Below, piece after piece: positions 34,859-44,783 of a stretch of DNA of 64,000 bases (positions within the stretch are counted from its first letter, which is position 1; each line of letters opens with the position of its first letter). The position numbers and the translations under genes are program-made. The stretch is from a virus: IMG/VR virus record IMGVR_UViG_3300026076_000001. The stretch is one strand, 5' to 3'. The notes beneath the pieces are model-generated. The model was not told the origin of the DNA. It worked only from the letters and a program-made list of their open reading frames with translations, and ran no database searches.

Positions 34859-35083
34859 TTAGCTTTCGTTGAGGAGTTCACGCTCTGGTGCTTCTTCCTC
34901 AGTTGCAACTACAGGAGCAGACTGGTCTTGGAGAATGTTTAGACCTTCAACAGCACCTTGAAGTTTTAGATATCTTTCTTTAGCTGTGTTAAGCTTTTGC
35001 TCGTACTCAGAGATCTCTTTCATAAGATCTTTCATCTGAGTCGAAAAGTTTAGAATTAATTCTTCGGTATTCATTTTAGCCAT
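34859..35083 (-). CDS. small coiled-coil protein (74 aa)
   Basis: Heptad pattern ending YLKLQGAVEGL. Confidence 0.75.
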   Translation of the reverse strand: MAKMNTEELILNFSTQMKDLMKEISEYEQKLNTAKERYLKLQGAVEGLNILQDQSAPVVATEEEAPERELLNES

Positions 35084-35089
35084 AGCTGA

Positions 35090-35118
35090 AAATAAAAAGG
35101 AGGGTTATATAACCCTCC
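35090..35118 (-). terminator. intrinsic terminator-like perfect 20-bp palindrome
   Basis: GGAGGGTTATATAACCCTCC 35099-35118 followed by TTTTTATTTT on minus. Confidence 0.75.
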
Positions 35119-35119
35119 A

Positions 35120-35148
35120 ATTATATGCGATATTTATCAGAGTGTCAA
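35120..35148 (-). promoter_or_regulatory. consensus sigma70 promoter with embedded late box
   Basis: TTGACA(35143-48)-17bp-TATAAT(35120-25); GATAAATA (35131-38) lies in the spacer. Confidence 0.8.
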
Positions 35149-35150
35149 GA

Positions 35151-38100
35151 TTATGCCTGAGACTCACTCCAAGAAATACGTCCTGTTACGGTGAATGGGT
35201 TAGAGTTGCTAACACCCGTCAAGTCAACAGGTTCTGCGGTAACAGTTAGGAGGTCAGGTCCGTTCGGGAAGATTCCGTCACCACCAAGTATGGAGTTACC
35301 CATCTCAATGATCGAACTAATGTCGTAGGACGTAGCACCAGTTAGTCGGTTACCACTGTTGTCTATACCACCACCAGCAGCACGGAAGGAGAAGATCTCA
35401 AGTCCACCAGCGTAGGTGTCATCATTCGTGTGCTTAATCAACTGAGACAGTGACGGAGGTGCCACGTCTAAGTATGAGTCAGTACTTAGTGATGGGTTTA
35501 GAATTAGTTTTACTTCGCACTCGTGTGTGTTAACAACGTCGAGAGAGTTGAGCTGCAACTGCATTCGGTTGATAATTTCACGTTCACCCAAGTTACCAGA
35601 TAGAGACGAGTCAACAGAAGGTGACAGTCTAATTGATACAAGAGGTATCTGCGAAGGAACGGTGTTGTCAGTACCAGCGACAGCACCAACACTCATTGTT
35701 GTGCTTGAAGGAACTGCGGGGTTACCTAGAGCACCGTTAATGATGTTATAACCTTGGTTCCACTGGAAGGTTGTGTTACCGTTAGCGTCAACGTATAAGA
35801 AGTCAACTTCTAAGTTACCACCTGAGGATCTAGATCTGTAGATAGAACGTCCATCCACGAACCAACCATTAGCAACGGAACTATTATAAACCGTAGTACC
35901 CTGTGTTAGGACACTTGCTTGGTTTGTATTGAAGAATAGTCGTACATAGAATCTTTGGTTTCTAGACCAACCCTCACCCAAGTCATACTGTCTCTTAACT
36001 TGAGAGTTCTGTTGTGTTTGAGAACTCTGTGACACTTCGTTGGTAAACTTAAGCAAGTTACCAGACGCTGTGAAGAGGTATGCTTTGTCAGAGTCGAATC
36101 GACCATCTGTGATAACAGAAGTACCCCAGTGGAATAGACTTGGGATGTAAGTCGGAATTCCAGTGTTGTGAATCTCGTAACGAGCAGGTAGGTTACCTGA
36201 TCTGAAGTATGCTTCTGTCAAGCGGTTGTTGTGCTTGAACTCGTGGATGTACTTAACGTGTCCGTTCTGATCCTTAAATCCGAAGCGAATCTTACCAGCA
36301 CCATACCAAGAGTAATCCATATACGCCATCTGGATCTTAGTGATGTCTAGAATGAATCCAGACTTACCTGATCCATCACATCTATCGATGTTCCACTCAC
36401 CCTGAGGAATCTTAGTATCGATTGTCTTAGTTAGAATGATGTTTGCAGCAGTAATACCTTTGTACTGTGGCTGAATGATAACTGATTCATTGTTAACAAC
36501 ACGAATCACCTTATGTGACTGTCCACGAATAACAATGTATTCTCCATTACTTAACTGTGATAGGAATGAAGTATCAGAACCTGTTACAACGTTAGAACCA
36601 CGTGTTACAGATACACGACCTGTTAACTGAGTTGTGGAACTACGGCGAACGGCGTTCAGAACGTTACCATCATACTCGAAGAACATACCATTCTGGAAGT
36701 CAAACATACCAGCACGTACATTGGAGTTAGACCAAGTTAATACGTGGTACCCTGTAAATCCACCAGCAGCAGATGAAGTAGGTGCCTGATCTATGTTATA
36801 ACTGAACGTGAATGCGTTGTAAACGTAATCAACTGGATATGCTCCATTGTAGCTAGCATCAGTTGCATCAACGAACTCACATTGTGTACCAACCTCAAGG
36901 TTATGAGGAAGCTTAGTCTGAACCACAATACGATGCATAACAACACCATCAACATATGGTGAGTACCACGCACGTATAGAAGGATTCTTCGGTGCGAAGT
37001 TGATAGCGAGTGATACCTGTATACCTTTACCTGACTGGTAACGGAAGTATCTACGTGTCTGTCTGACAATCTGTCCATCAGGTGACTTACTGGTTCCAAT
37101 ATCCATACCACCGTCAAACGGTCTGTGTAGGAAGTATCCATCTGGACGTACGTAAATCGCAGTGTCGATGAAGTACTCAGTGTTACCAGCAGAGTTGTTA
37201 CCACCTGTTGTAAAGGTTGCTGCATCAGCCATTAGGAGTTCAGTGTCATCCTTAATAGCAGAAATGGTTGTCTCTACAATTGTAAATGTAGTAGCAGAAT
37301 CGTTGTTGACGTATCTGAATGTGTCACCAACCTTGAAGTAACGTGTGAAGGTAGTATCAGTACCAGTAGCAACACGTGAACCAGTTGTAACTGCGATATT
37401 ACCATTACCAACAACCTGTCCATCCATATTGGTGTGGATCAGTTTCTGTAGTGGTGTCTGTGAACCACCAGTTGTTAGGGTAACGTTAGTACCAGCCACA
37501 GCAAGTGCAGTTGATTCTGCCAACTTAATATGGTCTTGGTCAACAACAATAACGAAGTAGTCTCTGTTATCTGTCAATCCACCAATGGTTGTACCACCAG
37601 CATCTTGATAGATTACACGTTGACCAGTTCTCATAAAGTGATCTTCAATTTGGAGAGTATGGTTTGTCGTGTCAACAATACCACCTGATCCAGTGTCTCT
37701 TGCATCGAACGTCTTAGTTGTTGGGACGATCTGGAATGGGACATCAACAACGAGTTGAGTCTCACCCTTGACTTCAGATACGTTGTAAGCACCGTCAGTC
37801 GCACCAAAAGCAGCAGTCTGGTTCTCGAAGACCTGAGTACCAGATCCAGCTGATGTGAGGTCGTTCTCACCGCCTGGGTATGTGAACGAACTTGAAGTGC
37901 CCAATGCGAATCTATCGTTCGTCGCAACTTTAACATAGTACTGAGTATTAGGTGTAAGGTTACCAATTGAAGTTCCAGCAGTTGTGTAGAACAAACGTTC
38001 TCCGTTGGAAAGGTTATGGTTTTGATAGTATATACTATTCCTCATTGGGTTAGCAAATATACCAGTCATACCATAGGTACCAATAGCATCAATTAGTCTG

Positions 38101-40535
38101 TAAGGTGAAGTCCAAGTTTGCTCTTTGATTCTAAATCTATTGTCATCAACCTTCTCAGCATATACTGTAGCTGGAAGTGAAAGTGTTGTGATATCGTTGT
38201 CACCATTATAGTAACGTGGATCATTACCAGCAGTCTTAGTAATAACGATCTGGTCGTTAGTTACAGCACCGTGGTTCTCAACGTAGAAGGTATCGTCATC
38301 ATTTGAACGATCCTGTACAAGCATAATATATGCGTTACCATAGTAGTCATTACCGTGGTTCCAAACCCAAGATCCGTGAGGTTGACGATAAGCATTCCAC
38401 CAGGAATATCCATACCTGAAGTGATATCCGTAGTCGTTACCATTCAATGAGTAGTTGTAACGATACCTATTAGATCTGTAGTTGTTTCTATCATACAGTG
38501 GGTTGAAGTCACCGTTAGTTAGTGTAGTAGGGCTTTCAGGTAGATAGTCATCATAGTTCCAACCAGGACTCCATCCCCAAACTGCGTTACCACCGTGGTA
38601 CCAAGCAAGGTTGAATCTTCCGTCATAGTTAGAGTTGTTAAGATCACCATTACCATTATATTGACGACGGTTCATCGTCAAGAAATAAGTTCTGTTCCAG
38701 TTGGAGTTAGAAATACCTCTGTTATCTGAGATGTCGTTGAAGTCACGACCAGAGTTAGTTGAACCCCAGTTCCAAGATGCCCATCTGTATCTCCAGTACC
38801 AGTTCCACCAAGGCTTCTCATCTGAAACGTATCTGTGGACTAGAGCAAAGTTGTGCTTACCGTAGTTGTAAGTAGCTTGTGTACCCTGTAGTGATCCACC
38901 ATCATTTCTTAGGTTAATGATACCGTGCTGTCCTGGGTTACCACCATTAGATGCTTCAAAGTAAGCATTAGATAGTTTAATAACAGCAGTACCACCATTA
39001 GCAGATGATGTAGATTCTACACGTGCGTGATAAACACCATTACGTTGTAGGTTCTCAATACAGTAGTCACCTGGGTTAGGATAGTAAAGTAAGCAATATC
39101 TAGAACGGAAATAGTTAGCATTAGTACCAGTTAAGGTAACTGTCTTACTTGTATAGTCAACGTCACCATCATTAACTGTCCATAATCCAGTTGGTTTATG
39201 ATCCCAAGGCTGGAACTGAGCCATATCAGGTGTGATGGTTGTTGATATGTTATCCTCGTAGTCAACTACGGGTCTACCATCAGCAGCAGTTGCTGTTGTA
39301 TTAGCAACTGATAGAATTTTAGGAGAAATGGTATTAACAAAGTACAATGCAGTACCGTCAGCAAAACCATTCTCATATTCAGTTGAAAGAACAACCTTAG
39401 AGGTTGTTGCAGGGCTGAATGAAGCTTCAAATCCAACACCAGTATTACCAGCCTGTGCATCATATGCATACAGAGTGGCAGGAGTATTAGCGGTTACGTA
39501 AATACGAACATAAGCACCAGCAGTACCTTCTGTTCCATTTACATATACACCATCAGTATAAGCAACACCACCACCGTGGATACCATCAGCAGTTGTACTG
39601 AATCTGAATGGGTGACCAATATTGGTAGCATCATCTAACTTAAAGATGTACATACCGTTTTTGTTAACGGTAAATATATTGTTTCCTTGAGGAGTTCCAT
39701 CAATACCGAAGTAGTTCTGACCACCAACGTTAACGACATTAATAGCATACTCAAATGTGTCAGCAAGAATACCTTTGTCGTTTTGAAGACTAATGGCAGA
39801 GCCTTCATAGAACAAACCAGGAATAATACTGGTATATGAACCAGCAATATTAGCACTAATTGCTTGAGTAGCACGTGCCTTATATGTAAAGGTAGTTGCA
39901 CTAGGTACAGACTGAATTAGGTATGAACCTTCAGCAGTTGTAGATGCAAGACCAGATACAACAATAGGAATACCAGATGTAAGACTGTGCTCGTATAGAG
40001 TTGTTACAGTTACAATGTCTGACAATGCAGTGACTTCAACAGTCTCAATAAACGGAATTGTTGTGTCAGATGTAGCAGAGTAAGTAGAAGGGATGTTGTT
40101 AACCAACTGTAGAGTTTCCCACTTAGTTGCCTGTGGCCCGTACTCAAAGTCGGTGTCAATCATCGTTTCAGGGTTTGAAACTCTGAGTTTTGATACTGGG
40201 TCAACCAGTGTCTCAGACGGTTCAAACTCTGCTGATTCTGACTCTACGAATATTTGCAGCTGATCCGTAGCTGCCATCGTACTAGTATCAGCTTGCAGAC
40301 TGATAACAGTTTGTTCAAAGTCTTTGTCGTAATCGCATCCAGTGTCATTAGCAGATGGAGGATTAAAACCTTTTGTAGGATCTGAGAAGTTGTATAGAAT
40401 CTCGTTATCTGTAACGTTCGTAATCAGAAGGATCCTCTCTCCTGATATGTTATCCTTAATAGAAACTGTACCACCCGTTAAAGTATTTGGATCATACGGT
40501 ACGAAGGTATAGTCACTGATTAGTTTCTTTGCCAT
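35151..40535 (-). CDS. large virion structural/fibre-like protein (1794 aa)
   Basis: N-terminal DPVSKLRVSNPETMIDTDFEYG; repeated H-G/N-L...IGGLT..Y modules; C-terminal laminin-G/ConA-like region (KIQMAYMDYSWYGAGKIRFG). Confidence 0.8.
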   Translation of the reverse strand: MAKKLISDYTFVPYDPNTLTGGTVSIKDNISGERILLITNVTDNEILYNFSDPTKGFNPPSANDTGCDYDKDFEQTVISLQADTSTMAATDQLQIFVESESAEFEPSETLVDPVSKLRVSNPETMIDTDFEYGPQATKWETLQLVNNIPSTYSATSDTTIPFIETVEVTALSDIVTVTTLYEHSLTSGIPIVVSGLASTTAEGSYLIQSVPSATTFTYKARATQAISANIAGSYTSIIPGLFYEGSAISLQNDKGILADTFEYAINVVNVGGQNYFGIDGTPQGNNIFTVNKNGMYIFKLDDATNIGHPFRFSTTADGIHGGGVAYTDGVYVNGTEGTAGAYVRIYVTANTPATLYAYDAQAGNTGVGFEASFSPATTSKVVLSTEYENGFADGTALYFVNTISPKILSVANTTATAADGRPVVDYEDNISTTITPDMAQFQPWDHKPTGLWTVNDGDVDYTSKTVTLTGTNANYFRSRYCLLYYPNPGDYCIENLQRNGVYHARVESTSSANGGTAVIKLSNAYFEASNGGNPGQHGIINLRNDGGSLQGTQATYNYGKHNFALVHRYVSDEKPWWNWYWRYRWASWNWGSTNSGRDFNDISDNRGISNSNWNRTYFLTMNRRQYNGNGDLNNSNYDGRFNLAWYHGGNAVWGWSPGWNYDDYLPESPTTLTNGDFNPLYDRNNYRSNRYRYNYSLNGNDYGYHFRYGYSWWNAYRQPHGSWVWNHGNDYYGNAYIMLVQDRSNDDDTFYVENHGAVTNDQIVITKTAGNDPRYYNGDNDITTLSLPATVYAEKVDDNRFRIKEQTWTSPYRLIDAIGTYGMTGIFANPMRNSIYYQNHNLSNGERLFYTTAGTSIGNLTPNTQYYVKVATNDRFALGTSSSFTYPGGENDLTSAGSGTQVFENQTAAFGATDGAYNVSEVKGETQLVVDVPFQIVPTTKTFDARDTGSGGIVDTTNHTLQIEDHFMRTGQRVIYQDAGGTTIGGLTDNRDYFVIVVDQDHIKLAESTALAVAGTNVTLTTGGSQTPLQKLIHTNMDGQVVGNGNIAVTTGSRVATGTDTTFTRYFKVGDTFRYVNNDSATTFTIVETTISAIKDDTELLMADAATFTTGGNNSAGNTEYFIDTAIYVRPDGYFLHRPFDGGMDIGTSKSPDGQIVRQTRRYFRYQSGKGIQVSLAINFAPKNPSIRAWYSPYVDGVVMHRIVVQTKLPHNLEVGTQCEFVDATDASYNGAYPVDYVYNAFTFSYNIDQAPTSSAAGGFTGYHVLTWSNSNVRAGMFDFQNGMFFEYDGNVLNAVRRSSTTQLTGRVSVTRGSNVVTGSDTSFLSQLSNGEYIVIRGQSHKVIRVVNNESVIIQPQYKGITAANIILTKTIDTKIPQGEWNIDRCDGSGKSGFILDITKIQMAYMDYSWYGAGKIRFGFKDQNGHVKYIHEFKHNNRLTEAYFRSGNLPARYEIHNTGIPTYIPSLFHWGTSVITDGRFDSDKAYLFTASGNLLKFTNEVSQSSQTQQNSQVKRQYDLGEGWSRNQRFYVRLFFNTNQASVLTQGTTVYNSSVANGWFVDGRSIYRSRSSGGNLEVDFLYVDANGNTTFQWNQGYNIINGALGNPAVPSSTTMSVGAVAGTDNTVPSQIPLVSIRLSPSVDSSLSGNLGEREIINRMQLQLNSLDVVNTHECEVKLILNPSLSTDSYLDVAPPSLSQLIKHTNDDTYAGGLEIFSFRAAGGGIDNSGNRLTGATSYDISSIIEMGNSILGGDGIFPNGPDLLTVTAEPVDLTGVSNSNPFTVTGRISWSESQA

Positions 40536-40582
40536 TGGTAGTCCCTTGGTTTATCTTGTGACAATTAAATAATAAAAAATCC

Positions 40583-40810
40583 TCAACCGCCTAAGGCAAT
40601 TGAGAGTGCAGCAATCTTGGATGTGATGCCCACACCACCGATTTTGAGGGTCTTGTTAGTACCTGTCAAGTTTAGGTCGCCACCAACGTCGATGTCTCCA
40701 ATAACGTTTCCAGTTGCGACATTTCTAAGGTTTCTTGATCCATCAAGTACTTCTGTGCCAGCCACGGACAAGCCGTTCTTGGCATTAAAATTGATATTTG
40801 ACGTTGCCAT
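40583..40810 (-). CDS. small fibre-like protein ending AALSIALGG
   Basis: ORF track; own late promoter TATAAATA 40858-40865. Confidence 0.7.
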   Translation of the reverse strand: MATSNINFNAKNGLSVAGTEVLDGSRNLRNVATGNVIGDIDVGGDLNLTGTNKTLKIGGVGITSKIAALSIALGG

Positions 40811-40868
40811 CGTGGTTCCCTGTCCCCCCGATAATCGGAATATAGGTTTTCTTCAGTTATTTATACAA

Positions 40869-42035
40869 TTAGACATTCATTGTCGTTCTTGTGAACTGAA
40901 TAAAGGTTCCTATCGTGGCAGTTGTACTTAATTCTAGATTGACACCATTAATTGCAGCACTAAATGTGGCTACTGCAACTCCTGGATTTGAATGTACATC
41001 TCCGTACATCACCACGAATGCATCAGTTCCATCGTGAGTTAGAATTACTTCACTAGTAGATACGTGTCCACCGTGTGAAGCATATACTGTATATTTGGCA
41101 CCACGTACATTTGCAACGATCAATGAATCGAATACTTCTGTAGCAGATGTAGTAGTCATTGTACCAGCACTAATACCAGTTTTATCTGTGATATTAATAT
41201 GGTCTGTATTATTTGTTGTACCTATCTTGACAACTGAAGAACAAGAAATATCTCCTGTAACAGTAAGAGTTAATGGAATATGAGTATCGTAGTTAGACCA
41301 AATAGATGATCCTCTTATCTCCAATGCTGGTGTTGCTTGGCTACTGATATGGAAACTAATATTTTGGTTAGTTGTAGTAATCTCAGTGAAATTACCATTC
41401 TCTTTGAAAGCAAGAGTATTATTGAATAGTGGATGTGTATTGTTTAATTGTATAGATCCCAGAAGAGTTGCGTTATCTGGTTTAATAGTAAGGAACTGAT
41501 CTCCACCTTGGATCCTAGCCTTATTAGCAGTAACACCAAATGCAACTTCTTTAGCGTTATCTAACTGGATATCACCAGCAGATATGTGTAAACGTGAAGT
41601 TGGGTTTGCAGTTCCCAATCCTACACGGTGATTTATTTTATCAACTACAAGTGTTGTACTGTCTAGGTTAACATCACCATTAACCTCAAGTCCACCCATA
41701 GTAAATGTAGCACCTTGATTTAATTTGATAGCACTAACAGTACCATCAGAAGGTTCACCTACATCTATAGTATCTCCAATAACCAATCCAAAGAAATCGA
41801 TTCCTGGGTTTGGAGGATCAGAGAATGTTAATTGATCGTTATTAATTTGATAAGCAACGTTTGCTTCTTGCAGAACACCACCAAGTGATATAAACAACTG
41901 CAAAGGAGCACCAGGATATATTACCTGACCACCTACTCTCAGGTTAAATGTGGTATTAACTCCATTAAACTGAGAAGCTACGTCATCCAGTTTACGGATG
42001 TTACCTATTTTTGGTGTAACGCCTAAATACGCCAT
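40869..42035 (-). CDS. tail fibre-like structural protein (388 aa)
   Basis: N-terminal MAYLG/QFNG module, central beta-solenoid-like segment, C-terminal HDGTD module. Confidence 0.7.
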   Translation of the reverse strand: MAYLGVTPKIGNIRKLDDVASQFNGVNTTFNLRVGGQVIYPGAPLQLFISLGGVLQEANVAYQINNDQLTFSDPPNPGIDFFGLVIGDTIDVGEPSDGTVSAIKLNQGATFTMGGLEVNGDVNLDSTTLVVDKINHRVGLGTANPTSRLHISAGDIQLDNAKEVAFGVTANKARIQGGDQFLTIKPDNATLLGSIQLNNTHPLFNNTLAFKENGNFTEITTTNQNISFHISSQATPALEIRGSSIWSNYDTHIPLTLTVTGDISCSSVVKIGTTNNTDHINITDKTGISAGTMTTTSATEVFDSLIVANVRGAKYTVYASHGGHVSTSEVILTHDGTDAFVVMYGDVHSNPGVAVATFSAAINGVNLELSTTATIGTFIQFTRTTMNV

Positions 42036-42038
42036 TTC

Positions 42039-43016
42039 TTATATAATGAGTAGTTTGCCATTGGTACCAGATGAGTTTTGTGCACCGCCTTGTCCAGCAG
42101 TACCTCTATCTGGATCAGCATTATTACCAGGAGTTTCGTCTGTCCCTCCTAATGTAGAACCAGCTTGTATTCTGGTCTGATCTATGTAGGAAGATCCACC
42201 ACCACCTCCGTGGCCATTGGTATCTCCTGAACCGCCACCACCACCTCCGTAGTAGCCAGCACCACCCCCGCCACCAGGATAGATGAGCAACATACCTGCT
42301 CTACCACCCAATAGAGAAGAACCATCTACTGAATCAGTGAAACCAGCAAAACCACCTGCGGTTTGACTACCTCCACCACCACCTCTTTGATCGAATAGTT
42401 GACCTATTTGACCGTGAAGAGCACCACCAGCACCACCTCTCTGATCGGCACCAGCACCACCTCCACCAGCAGCAACTAACAATGCATTAGATTGAACAGC
42501 AGAATTACGGAAGACTGCTGAGAATCCTCCACCACTTCCACCATATCTTACACCATTAATACCACCTAAGGCACCACCACATTCTCCTGCTGTTGCAGCA
42601 TTTGTGGAACGAGGATCACCTCCTCCACCGACACAGATATAATATGTCTCGCCAGGTAGTAATTCTAATCCCCCAGCTACATATCCACCTGCACCTCCAA
42701 TACCACCAGGATCAACACCACCAGCTCCACCAGCACCCCAAGCAGTAAACTGCACAGTGATTCTAGCGTCTCCAGTGACGTTTGATTGTAGTGTATATTC
42801 ACCCAAGTTTAAGGTTAGTTTTCCTTGAGTATCTAGATCGTGATTTATTACAGGATCACCATTCTGAGGAGTAACTATGATGTTACGTACTGGCTCATAT
42901 TGTGATCTTCTAATTTTTGATGTGTCATAAAATGGACGCAAATGTCCTTCATCGGTCATAGCATCTAACCGACTTTCGTAATTTAAGGTCTTTAGATTAC
43001 CGATGCGAAATGACAT
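42039..43016 (-). CDS. glycine-rich protein (poly-Gly hexagonal-type domain)
   Basis: WGAGGAGG...GGAGGY...PGETYYICVGGGG and multiple GGGGG runs, like the ALK/LTK-type glycine-rich domain. Confidence 0.7.
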   Translation of the reverse strand: MSFRIGNLKTLNYESRLDAMTDEGHLRPFYDTSKIRRSQYEPVRNIIVTPQNGDPVINHDLDTQGKLTLNLGEYTLQSNVTGDARITVQFTAWGAGGAGGVDPGGIGGAGGYVAGGLELLPGETYYICVGGGGDPRSTNAATAGECGGALGGINGVRYGGSGGGFSAVFRNSAVQSNALLVAAGGGGAGADQRGGAGGALHGQIGQLFDQRGGGGGSQTAGGFAGFTDSVDGSSLLGGRAGMLLIYPGGGGGAGYYGGGGGGSGDTNGHGGGGGSSYIDQTRIQAGSTLGGTDETPGNNADPDRGTAGQGGAQNSSGTNGKLLII

Positions 43017-43391
43017 TTAAGTTTCCTTGTCTCCTATAAGAATAACGGTTACAACCTGAGATGAATCCGTTAATCCAAAAACAGCATCATTTGTATCTGT
43101 TAGAACAATAGGATAGTTAAGTTCAACATAGAATGTTTCACCAGAAGCTAACTCCTGTCTAATAAACTGTTGTGGTTTATTAGCAATATCTAACGTATCT
43201 AAAGCACCTACATTATCTTCAACATAATACAAGTTAACTGTCTCGGTAGTTGTATTACCATTAAACAGTATGAAACCCTTGATATATGTTAATGTGCTAG
43301 CTGAGTTAACGTAGATTGGGGCAGCCGTACCTGTTGGTACGAACTGAATGTTCTTCCCATTATACGTTAAATTTCCTCTTGATAGTGCCAT
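43017..43391 (-). CDS. small beta-sandwich accessory structural protein (124 aa)
   Basis: IY...YIKGFILFN...PIVL...D pattern; late promoter CTAAATA 43413-43419. Confidence 0.65.
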   Translation of the reverse strand: MALSRGNLTYNGKNIQFVPTGTAAPIYVNSASTLTYIKGFILFNGNTTTETVNLYYVEDNVGALDTLDIANKPQQFIRQELASGETFYVELNYPIVLTDTNDAVFGLTDSSQVVTVILIGDKET

Positions 43392-43415
43392 TGTTTACTA
43401 GTGCCTCATTGGTAT

Positions 43416-44783
43416 TTAGCTGAACAGCCAGATGTCTCTCATCTCGTTGCGATCACTGAAGTCCATACTAACAGTGCCGTCCCCATTGTCTGAGGTTACA
43501 ACTAAGTTGTATCCAATTTCAGCAGTTGACGTAGCTGGGAAAATTATGTTCCCCAAACGAATTCTATTTGGTGCAGGACCACCAGGGTCTGCTTGTATAC
43601 TTACTCCGCTTATAGTAGCGTTATTAAGTGTAGCAGTATTAATAACACCACCAGTAGCATCTGCTTTTAAAGCAATTGCATTGTTAATGGTGGTGCTAAA
43701 GTTTGCATCATCTCCTAAAGCAGCACTCAATTCATTTAATGTATTAAGTGCACCAGGAGCAGCACCAATCAAGTCATTAAGTTCTTGACGAACAAAACTT
43801 GTGGTAGCTAGTTTTGTAGAGTTGTCATTAAGAGATTGGAGTACAGCAGTTGAGTCGGAAGCGACATTAACTGTAGTCCTATCTGATAATGAACCTAAAG
43901 AGTTCTCAGTGGTAATGTAAGTCCCGTCAGAGACTAAGATATCGGTGGTGACACCGCTTACAACTGCAAATAAATGGAAGTTATCACCATTTTGAACTAA
44001 TTCTGTTTTACCACCTGTGTCATCAGACTCAAGGGTAATTTTTGGTAGGGTATTTGCTTTGACTCGTAGTGCATTAGAACTTCCAGCACTATCAATGTCA
44101 ACTTTAAATGAAGGACTATAGTTTCCTACACCTATAGATCCATAGCAATCAATGTCCCTTACATTGATATCATCAGTTGTTAGAAGTTCAGTAGCACCAG
44201 ATCTTCCATAGAAAGAAGATACCGCACTGGTAGGTCCAACAAGTGAAGATGAGAAACCAATATGTGTGACTTCTATTTCACTATTAATATTAGGAGCATC
44301 ATCAAAACGTAGAGTTAAATTCTGTCCAACCAAGGTATAAGCATTCTTATGCTGTACCAAACCATCTATGGTAACCATAATGGCATTAAGGTTTGGAGCT
44401 GCCTTTGACATTGTGAAATCAACATCAACTCCATTAGCAGTGAACGTTTCAGAGAAGATCTCTGAACGATCCATATTATTAACTACAGAACTCTGTACCT
44501 GTCCAAAAAAGACATCACCTGTATCAGGTGCTTCAGAGAAGTAGATTCTTTCTCCTTGTACCCAGAATGATCCAGGAGAACTAGTAGAACTACCTGTATT
44601 AGGTTGTTGGTGAACACCATTCAAACTGACGCTAAGTTGCATCGTTTGACCAACTGTTACAGGGTTATTGTTTGTCGTACGTAAAAGAAAATTGTCAGTA
44701 GTACCGTCAAATTGAGAGGAAATGTCTTGGATCTCCTTGATCTTTGAGACGTACGCTTCTGGATTAAGACCAAGATATGCCAT
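43416..44783 (-). CDS. tail fibre-like structural protein (455 aa)
   Basis: MAYLG/QFDG module, FTANG...VTIDGLVQH module, ATTSFV...APGALNTLNELSAALGDD fibre motif. Confidence 0.75.
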   Translation of the reverse strand: MAYLGLNPEAYVSKIKEIQDISSQFDGTTDNFLLRTTNNNPVTVGQTMQLSVSLNGVHQQPNTGSSTSSPGSFWVQGERIYFSEAPDTGDVFFGQVQSSVVNNMDRSEIFSETFTANGVDVDFTMSKAAPNLNAIMVTIDGLVQHKNAYTLVGQNLTLRFDDAPNINSEIEVTHIGFSSSLVGPTSAVSSFYGRSGATELLTTDDINVRDIDCYGSIGVGNYSPSFKVDIDSAGSSNALRVKANTLPKITLESDDTGGKTELVQNGDNFHLFAVVSGVTTDILVSDGTYITTENSLGSLSDRTTVNVASDSTAVLQSLNDNSTKLATTSFVRQELNDLIGAAPGALNTLNELSAALGDDANFSTTINNAIALKADATGGVINTATLNNATISGVSIQADPGGPAPNRIRLGNIIFPATSTAEIGYNLVVTSDNGDGTVSMDFSDRNEMRDIWLFS

